This document shows positions 35,111-41,884 of a stretch of 41,884 nt of DNA, piece by piece (positions within the stretch are counted from its first letter, which is position 1; each line of letters starts with the position of its first letter). The stretch comes from an uncultured virus (IMG/VR IMGVR_UViG_2061766007_000262). Its lineage: Duplodnaviria; Heunggongvirae; Uroviricota; Caudoviricetes. Made by a program: the position numbers and the translations under genes. The notes below the pieces were generated by a model that had not been told where the DNA came from, ran no database searches, and saw only the letters and a list, made by a program, of their open reading frames with translations. The DNA lies in IMG/VR virus record IMGVR_UViG_2061766007_000262. The stretch is one strand, 5' to 3'.

Positions 35111-37225
35111 CTAAGTAATATCTCCACCTTCAATGCCTCTAGCATTATCGGATTTTACTTCGCCTTCTGTTTTTTGTTGATTATTTAAGTCAGTCATTAA
35201 AGAGTTAATAATCTTGTTTTGACTGTTAATCTTGTTAGAGAACTCACTTTGTAAGTTCTTTAAGTATTGTTCTTGGTATTTATTCTTACCATCTAATTGT
35301 TTGAGTAGTTCAGCTGATTCTTGGAGCTTAGCTGTAAGCTCTTGAATAACTTGTTGCTGCTTTTGAATAGTTGATTGTTTTTGCCTTTCAATATATTTTT
35401 TATATGCGGCTCTTTGCCTTGGTGTGATGTTTGGACTAATAATGAGATAAAACTCTAATTGATCTGGTGTCATGTTTGAGAACGAACCGTTCATCATCAT
35501 ATTATCAACATTTTGCTGTTCAACTAATTTACTATCAGACAAACCTTGCATTGCGTCTATTGCTATATCAAATCTAACACCATATAGGTCGTCGCCTTTA
35601 ATAACTTTTCTTTGAACTTTAGATGTTTCTTCAGCAAAATCTTCTGGTTTTGCGTTAGGCAAAGTTTCTAGTTTCTTTCCGCTAGCCAACATAGCATATA
35701 TTTGCTTTCTAGCGTCTTCTTCATCTTCATATTCAAAGTCATCATACTCAAATGTGTATTCTGCTTTGTCAACATAATGTTTATAAAACATTAGTCTTAT
35801 TTCTGCCATTCTAACATTGTAGCCCCAGAACAATTTTTGTTGCTGCTCTATAGCTGTGTTAGATTGCTTAATCATTTGTTGTAGCATATAACCAGACATA
35901 TCTTGATTTGTAATTGATCCGTCCATTACATCGCTAAAACCATATACAGTTCTTGTCATTGCAAACAGACTATCAATAAAACCAGATAAACCATTAGGCA
36001 TTGGTTGTGATTCAGCCATCTTAATACCCCAACCATTTGTAAATTGGCTATAGTCAAAAATTACTTGTGAAGGCTCGTTTGTTATCTCTTGCCCTTGTAA
36101 TGCTTCAGGCTTTGCGAAAATCTTGTTATAGGCGTTATTTTCGGCACATTTTAAGAGCATACTAAGCATAAAGTTAATACCTTTTTGTATAGGAATAAGG
36201 TTTTTAACGTCACTTCTACCATAGAACGATCTATTTTCTTTAATAGGTTCAAAGATAGCGAATGGATATAAACTAAACTTTTCTTTGATGTTTTTATATT
36301 CGCTGTCGTTTAAGACACTAGAATTAGTAGAATTTAATATTAAATCTTCATAATCTATATCAAAATCTCTAACTATATTGCCGTTTTCATCTCTAAAACT
36401 ATCTTCTTCTTCCTTTCTATCAAGATATTCTTCAACAAGTTTCTTTGCTATATCTTTACCAACTCTTCTTGATAATGGATGAGGGTATGCAAAGATTTCA
36501 ACTGTTTCAGTTTCAAGAGTAAAATATACTTCGCCATCAATTCTAAAATATCTTGTAAATACCCTAACTAAAGCGTGATTTATACCGTCTTTGTCAATAT
36601 AATCATCATCATATTTCATTCTTGCTTCTTTCTCTAATCTCGCAATCTTGTCTTCCTTGTTTTCGCCTTTTCTATATTCCATAATGCTCTTAAGCTCAGC
36701 AAGTGATACTTCGTTCCAGAACATTACCCATTCTTGATTTTGAACGTCTTGAATGTAAGGATTGGCTACTGCGAAATTTCTTGGGTCAATATGTTCTAAC
36801 TTAAGACCGCCCTTATAAATACCTTTATAAGTTGTGTCATCATCATCCCATCTTAAGAAAGTAATTTCAGTTCCGTTTGTATATGCGTTAATCGCACTTT
36901 GCTTGTTTTCTTCATCAAGATCCAACTTTCTAACATTGTATTCATCAAATTGTCTTAATGCTGTGCAGTCAGTGTTCTCGTTATCGGCTGTAAATGTGAT
37001 ATAAACTGGCGTTCCTGTTAATTTACTAGCTTTAATTTGAACCATCTGGCTACAAATATTCATAGTAACTCTAATCATATACTTGTCGCTGTAAGGGTAT
37101 TGCTTGCCATTGTAGAAGTTTTGTGCTTCATCAATGTAATTCAATAGATTAGAGTTATTTTTGTATTGTTTATCTAATTCGTAGAGTTGCCTACTTATTG
37201 TTTGTCTGATTTCTTGGTTTTCCAT
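35111..37225 (-). CDS. Portal protein (P22-like)
   Basis: 704 aa; FYNGKQY, IDPRNF, FYGRSDVKNLIPIQKGIN, C-terminal Q-rich coiled coil. Confidence 0.88.
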   Translation of the reverse strand: MENQEIRQTISRQLYELDKQYKNNSNLLNYIDEAQNFYNGKQYPYSDKYMIRVTMNICSQMVQIKASKLTGTPVYITFTADNENTDCTALRQFDEYNVRKLDLDEENKQSAINAYTNGTEITFLRWDDDDTTYKGIYKGGLKLEHIDPRNFAVANPYIQDVQNQEWVMFWNEVSLAELKSIMEYRKGENKEDKIARLEKEARMKYDDDYIDKDGINHALVRVFTRYFRIDGEVYFTLETETVEIFAYPHPLSRRVGKDIAKKLVEEYLDRKEEEDSFRDENGNIVRDFDIDYEDLILNSTNSSVLNDSEYKNIKEKFSLYPFAIFEPIKENRSFYGRSDVKNLIPIQKGINFMLSMLLKCAENNAYNKIFAKPEALQGQEITNEPSQVIFDYSQFTNGWGIKMAESQPMPNGLSGFIDSLFAMTRTVYGFSDVMDGSITNQDMSGYMLQQMIKQSNTAIEQQQKLFWGYNVRMAEIRLMFYKHYVDKAEYTFEYDDFEYEDEEDARKQIYAMLASGKKLETLPNAKPEDFAEETSKVQRKVIKGDDLYGVRFDIAIDAMQGLSDSKLVEQQNVDNMMMNGSFSNMTPDQLEFYLIISPNITPRQRAAYKKYIERQKQSTIQKQQQVIQELTAKLQESAELLKQLDGKNKYQEQYLKNLQSEFSNKINSQNKIINSLMTDLNNQQKTEGEVKSDNARGIEGGDIT

Positions 37226-37487
37226 TTGGGTAGAACTCCTCTACATCACCTTTGAACTGCGACATAAATTCTTCAGGTGTTATTGTCTTTTGCATTTTTT
37301 CTTCTAAATTTTTCTTGTCTTCTTTAGACATTTCTTTAGGTTTTTCTACTATGCCACCTTCTTTTACAATCTTCAAAGCTTGTGGTAAGTATCTTAGGTC
37401 TTCTTCAGATATGCCAAAAACTGAAAGAAGTTTAACTAATTCTTGTAGTTTCATAAATTCATCTGCGTTTAATTCAGTTAATCCCAT
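37191..37487 (-). CDS. Hypothetical protein between TerL and portal
   Basis: 98-aa ORF overlapping both neighbours. Confidence 0.6.
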   Translation of the reverse strand: MGLTELNADEFMKLQELVKLLSVFGISEEDLRYLPQALKIVKEGGIVEKPKEMSKEDKKNLEEKMQKTITPEEFMSQFKGDVEEFYPNGKPRNQTNNK

Positions 37488-39232
37488 ATTGAATATACCT
37501 TCCTTTTTTTAGAAAGATCTCTACGCCTTTCTTCAATTTTCTTTTCTATTTCATAGATGGTTTCTTCTCTTTTTACTGGGTTATTTAATGGTATAGCCCT
37601 TTGTTCGTTCCTACATAAGAAAAAACCCATTATTGATGTTACTAAGTCGTCATGGAAGCCACCAGTCGCCATTGCTTTTTCTACTGGTGCTCCATTCTTA
37701 GTCTTGCTCGCACTTTTAACATACTGGAAGTTTTCCATTTCACATATAGTTTCATAATCACGAATAATCTTAGGATCGTCCCTAAAAGCTTGAGCAAATA
37801 ATGTAATCATATATTGTCTGTTGTTCTGTTTGGTCTTGTAACCAAACTTATTTGCGTATCTTGTTCCTAAATCTTCTACATCTTGATCTTGATAAATAAA
37901 CCTGTGCCCACACTTGTAGCAGACTTGTAATAGATAACTTGTTGTATTTGTTTCACCAGTTATCATTGCATCGTTATAATATTTCGCAAGACAATACATT
38001 TGAAACGCACAATCATCAGCGTCACATCTATTTTTGTGATATACCGCTACTTGCTTACAACTGTAATTATCAAAGACCTGTGTAGAGAAATAGTCTTCGC
38101 CACCCATTGCTGGGTCGTTTGATACTACATAAGGGCGAGTAGGGTTAGGTTCTTCGTAAATTTTAATAGAGCCATTTCTACTCTCTAGCCACCTTATGTT
38201 TGATAATGTTATTTGACCGCCATCAAGAGATGTTTTTTTCTCATATACAAATTCGCCTCTTTTAAGCGGTTTTTCTTTCAAGATTTCTGCTTTCCTTTCT
38301 AACAGGAGTTCTACGTTAAATACGCTATTCCCAGTTGTTATAAAAGCTTCTACTGGGTTTGATGGATACTCTTGTCTTAGAAAGTCTAAATCTTGCTGTA
38401 GTTCTTGCCATTCGTCGTAGAACCACAAAGCTTGCTCTTCGTCAAGACTATATTTTTGTTGGTAGTCTAAGAGCCACGTTGGTTTGTCGTAATCTCTTAA
38501 ATATTTGTTTCTGTAGTCTTTTGTTGTAAACCACGCATAGAACTTTGCGATGTATCTTGTGTTACCAGTAACATCGTTGTCCCACCTAACCTTGTAATCA
38601 TTTACGCCATTCGCAGTTGTTTCAAGAAAGACCATAGAATTAACGTTAGTATTTGATACAGTTTGAAGTAGAGATGTTAAGGTTTTTTGTAGGTCGTCCC
38701 AGAAAGCACACTCAGATAAATGTAGATATTGATATGTGCTACCTCTACCAGACGCCTCACCTTGAACAAGCACCCTTATACTGGATCTACTACCGTTTTT
38801 GTGCCTAACAACTAATTCTCTTGCGTTGGACGCTATCTTATCTAGTTGCATTTCCTTAGGCAACTTATCAAAGAAAAACTGATACTTATGAAAAAGCTCT
38901 CTAGCATGGTCGCTGACGTCGGCTACGATTGCTGCCTTTTTACCAGGCTGAAATATAGTGCATACAAAGATAACACCAGCAATAAAAGTAGAGAAACCTT
39001 TTTGTCTTGCTTTTAGAATGTTGATTCTTATAGGTTCTTTTCTAAGTGCCTGTTCGCACATCGTTTTATACAGATCTACTTGATCGTCGTTTAAGATAAA
39101 TGGTATTTCATCACCGTTCTTGTCTTCTATCTTTAAAAACTTCTCTATTATCTTATAGACCGCAACATTACCTATAGATGTTCTAATGGTCAAGACGTTA
39201 TCATAAGGCTTTAGAATATCACTCGGTTTCAT
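37478..39232 (-). CDS. terL: Terminase large subunit
   Basis: LKARQKGFST Walker A, YLHLSECAFW Walker B, ETTANG, QEYP..AF, DPAMGGED, HDDLV; ATG 39232 overlaps the upstream stop. Confidence 0.95.
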   Translation of the reverse strand: MKPSDILKPYDNVLTIRTSIGNVAVYKIIEKFLKIEDKNGDEIPFILNDDQVDLYKTMCEQALRKEPIRINILKARQKGFSTFIAGVIFVCTIFQPGKKAAIVADVSDHARELFHKYQFFFDKLPKEMQLDKIASNARELVVRHKNGSRSSIRVLVQGEASGRGSTYQYLHLSECAFWDDLQKTLTSLLQTVSNTNVNSMVFLETTANGVNDYKVRWDNDVTGNTRYIAKFYAWFTTKDYRNKYLRDYDKPTWLLDYQQKYSLDEEQALWFYDEWQELQQDLDFLRQEYPSNPVEAFITTGNSVFNVELLLERKAEILKEKPLKRGEFVYEKKTSLDGGQITLSNIRWLESRNGSIKIYEEPNPTRPYVVSNDPAMGGEDYFSTQVFDNYSCKQVAVYHKNRCDADDCAFQMYCLAKYYNDAMITGETNTTSYLLQVCYKCGHRFIYQDQDVEDLGTRYANKFGYKTKQNNRQYMITLFAQAFRDDPKIIRDYETICEMENFQYVKSASKTKNGAPVEKAMATGGFHDDLVTSIMGFFLCRNEQRAIPLNNPVKREETIYEIEKKIEERRRDLSKKRKVYSIWD

Positions 39233-39296
39233 CTTCCTTGTTAACAATATCGCCAAATAGTTCTTGGGCACCTTTCACATTCAAGTTAGCCTCTAC
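39219..39296 (-). CDS. 3' end of the gene upstream of terL (possibly terminase small subunit)
   Basis: Open frame VEANLNVKGAQELFGDIVNKEDETE* from the gap, overlapping the terL start. Confidence 0.5.
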   Translation of the reverse strand, partial: VEANLNVKGAQELFGDIVNKEDETE

Positions 39297-39307
39297 NNNN
39301 NNNNNNA

Positions 39308-39472
39308 ATGAAGATACCAATTAAACAACAAATACTAAATGCTTATGATCGTGGCCTAGCCATAGACATTATAGCCGAATGCTCTGGCAAAACGATAGAA
39401 CAGATAAGGAGAATAATCCGTGATAGACATAAGACTATACAAAGAGAACAGGAATCTAAAAAAACGAATTGA
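39308..39472 (+). CDS. Small HTH-like protein
   Basis: MKIPIKQQILNAYDRGLAIDIIAECSGKTIEQIRRII... (54 aa, may extend into the gap). Confidence 0.55.
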   Translation: MKIPIKQQILNAYDRGLAIDIIAECSGKTIEQIRRIIRDRHKTIQREQESKKTN

Positions 39473-39656
39473 TGAATTAGAAAGCCGAGTAAGAGAACTA
39501 GAATCAAGTCCGCATGACTTATTGATACAAGCGATGAACTTATATCTCAAAGACAATAATGAGATGGATCAATTCTTCAAATTCATAAGAAACACTACAT
39601 ACGCAAGATGCGTAAACACCGAGAATGAACTACTAAAAAGATGGGAGAAAGAATGA
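39420..39656 (+). CDS. Hypothetical coiled-coil protein
   Basis: GTG start after AAGGAG. Confidence 0.65.
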   Translation: MIDIRLYKENRNLKKRIDELESRVRELESSPHDLLIQAMNLYLKDNNEMDQFFKFIRNTTYARCVNTENELLKRWEKE

Positions 39657-39973
39657 GCAACAAATTAACTGAAGAAAGCAAATTCAAGCTATTCTTAATT
39701 TACTGCTTTGAATATTATGAAGAAAGCAACGCTAAACTATTTAATGAAATAGCCGAAAAGAAACTAGAATATCCATATAAATTCCAAGATCATACAGAAG
39801 CGGAAAACGATGAATATCTACTCAAGTGGAAAAAAAGAAACGGAATCAGGGTGGGAGATTTTGAACTACCAAGAAAATACGAGATAGACAAATACGGAAC
39901 ACCAATATACATAAAAAGAGTAAGAGGATCATACCATAAATGCGACTTTGATAATACCGACTATGAAGCATAA
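39653..39973 (+). CDS. Hypothetical protein
   Basis: ATGA overlap with the previous stop; GGGAG upstream. Confidence 0.65.
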   Translation: MSNKLTEESKFKLFLIYCFEYYEESNAKLFNEIAEKKLEYPYKFQDHTEAENDEYLLKWKKRNGIRVGDFELPRKYEIDKYGTPIYIKRVRGSYHKCDFDNTDYEA

Positions 39974-39985
39974 AGAGAGAAAAAG

Positions 39986-40677
39986 ATGAGCAATATTAAA
40001 TTACTAAATGGCGATTGTTATGAACTTATAAAAACAATACCTGATAAAAGCGTTGATTTGGTTTATANNNNNNNNNNNNNNNNNNNNNNNNNNNNNNNNN
40101 NNNNNNNNNNNNNNNNNNNNNNNNNNNNNNNNNNNNNNNNNNNNNNNNNNNNNNNNNNNNNNNNNNNNNNNNNNNNNNNNNNNNNNNNNNNNNNNNNNNN
40201 NNNNNNNNNNNNNNTTTGTTTGTAAATAAATTAAATTGTGGATACACGATTTTAGGGTGGTGCAAAACTAATCCGCTACCAATGTATTCTTGTAGATATT
40301 TAAACGATGTTGAATATTGTCTTTTATTCAAAGATAAAAAAGCAAAGTTTAGTGGAAATGACACATACCTTAATAGTTTTCGCTTTTATCAAGAGCCAAT
40401 AAATATAACTGATAAAAATCTATATAGTCATCCTACGATTAAACCTTTACAATGTGTTATAAATCACATAGAAAAAAGCACTCAAAAAGGCGATGTAGTG
40501 TTAGATTGCTTTATGGGTAGCGGAACAACTGGTGTAGCGTGTAAAGAATTAAACCGCAACTTTATAGGTATAGAGATAAACGATACTTATTTCAAAATAG
40601 CGGAAGATAGGATCAACGGTATAACACAAAAAGAAAGAAAAAAGTTAGATGAGGGACAATTACAATTAGAATTATGA
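39986..40677 (+). CDS. Second beta-class DNA methyltransferase (spans N-gap 40068-40214)
   Basis: GDCYELIKTIPDKSVDLV before the gap; WCKTNP, HPTIKP, DCFMGSGTT after it. Confidence 0.88.
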
Positions 40678-40913
40678 AATGGAAATTAAACGATATGCAA
40701 AAAACAACAATTCTATTTTCTCTTGCAGACGCATTTTTATACGCTAAAAAGGAAATTGTAAGAGAGTTAGATAAAATTACGTTAGACAGCAAAAAAATGC
40801 CCTTAAATATCAAGATAGACGAGGACAAATTGTCAAAAGATATTTTAAGGGTGTGGAAAAGAGCTGTAAGAGAGGGGTTATATGGTAACCAAACGACCAA
40901 TATCAAGCAGTAA
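40674..40913 (+). CDS. Hypothetical protein
   Basis: 79 aa, ATGA-coupled. Confidence 0.6.
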   Translation: MKWKLNDMQKTTILFSLADAFLYAKKEIVRELDKITLDSKKMPLNIKIDEDKLSKDILRVWKRAVREGLYGNQTTNIKQ

Positions 40914-41433
40914 AGATTTTACCGCCTCTAATTATGAAAGCGGTATAAGAGATGTTTCAAATGGTAGTAATTACTATCTACAAAACGCACTTGACTTAAA
41001 CAATTTGCCAGTTGTTAATTTATTAAATCAAGAACAAGTTGAATCAAGAATTGATTTATATTTTGATAAATGCGTTAAGAACGACATTAAACCAACAATA
41101 CCCGGACTTGCTTTATCATTAGGCGTAAGCAAGAACGTAATTGAATCTATCATTGATGAAACAGAAACAGATAAAACATTATCATTGTATTTTGAGGGTA
41201 AATCTATACCTAACAGCATTAGACAAGTTATTATTAAAGCTAAAACTTTAATGAACGTTTTAATAGAGGACTATATGATAAACGGTAAGATAAACCCTGT
41301 TGCTGGAATCTTTTTGGCTAAAAATAATTTTGGTTATAAAGATACGCAAGAATTAGTAGTCGCACCACAAAGAGAGGAATCTATGAGTGATGATGAACTC
41401 ATAAACGAAGCTATGAATCTACCAAAGAAATAA
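40882..41433 (+). CDS. Terminase small subunit-like protein (P22 gp3 DNA-packaging family)
   Basis: IDLYF..C...PTIPGLALSLG...NPVAGIFLAKNNFGYKD. Confidence 0.75.
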   Translation: MVTKRPISSSKDFTASNYESGIRDVSNGSNYYLQNALDLNNLPVVNLLNQEQVESRIDLYFDKCVKNDIKPTIPGLALSLGVSKNVIESIIDETETDKTLSLYFEGKSIPNSIRQVIIKAKTLMNVLIEDYMINGKINPVAGIFLAKNNFGYKDTQELVVAPQREESMSDDELINEAMNLPKK

Positions 41434-41434
41434 T

Positions 41435-41649
41435 ATGACAGATAAAGAATTGTATAGAATAGTAGGAAAAGCATTAAATAACGAACAATTAGATAATGAA
41501 GAATTATTTAATCTTTGTTTCTACAAAGTAGAACAAAACGAAAAATATTATGATGTATTAGCTTGTGCTTTATATCAATTAGGGGCTTGGCGAGAGTGCT
41601 TTAATTGGAAAGATTATTTGACCTATTCTCATTTTGAATTGTTGGAAGA
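41435..41649 (+). CDS. Hypothetical protein, partial
   Basis: Open frame running into an N-gap. Confidence 0.55.
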
Positions 41650-41732
41650 NNNNNNNNNNNNNNNNNNNNNNNNNNNNNNNNNNNNNNNNNNNNNNNNNNN
41701 NNNNNNNNNNNNNNNNNNNNNNNNNNNNNNNN

Positions 41733-41884
41733 ATATGCAAATATCTCTACTGTTTCAGTTTCAAGAGTGAAATATACTTCACCATCAATTCTAAAATATC
41801 TTGTAAATACTCTAACTAATGCGTGATTTATATTGTCTTTGTCAATATAATCATCATCATATTTCATTCTTGCTTCTTTCTCTA
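41733..41884 (-). repeat. Variant copy of portal segment 36485-36636 (second haplotype)
   Basis: About ten substitutions, mostly synonymous; isolated by an N-gap. Confidence 0.85.

Noticed and set aside
880..37757. Numerous short plus-strand ORFs antisense to minus-strand genes
   Set aside because: Antisense shadows of well-supported genes with no independent signals
41733..41884. Second portal gene or terminal repeat
   Set aside because: Short gap-isolated allele with mostly synonymous changes; best explained as a strain variant

Overview
Most of the genome of an AT-rich temperate tailed phage of a low-GC Bacillota-type host, in genetic code 11. Its gene order is podovirus-like, with no tape measure or tail tube. 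From left to right it carries: a leftward early operon (replication initiator fragment, DNA MTase, SSB-like, RecT, YqaJ exonuclease, Cro/Xis-like); a divergent XRE repressor and tyrosine integrase followed by an apparently intact attP; and a long leftward late region (TerL, portal, scaffold, capsid, tRNA-CAT, adaptor, nozzle, tail-fibre/adhesin cluster with an LplA-like gene, three membrane proteins, a pilot-like protein and a 2853-aa polyvalent ejection-type protein). The main observation is that the giant protein is built from modules (metallopeptidase-like, ART-like, GNAT-like, zeta-like kinase) delimited by a recurring xFSL motif. The GNAT and zeta modules each hide a small same-strand +1-frame ORF. 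One of these has a perfect internal sigma70 promoter and an RBS, and shares 19 identical bp with the repressor promoter, which suggests lysogeny-expressed overprinted immunity genes. Also seen are a candidate trans-acting antisense sRNA and several structured RNA leaders. The scaffold has 7 N-gaps and mixes at least two haplotypes, so several apparent duplications are assembly bubbles. All functional calls rest on motif recognition by eye; no searches were run.
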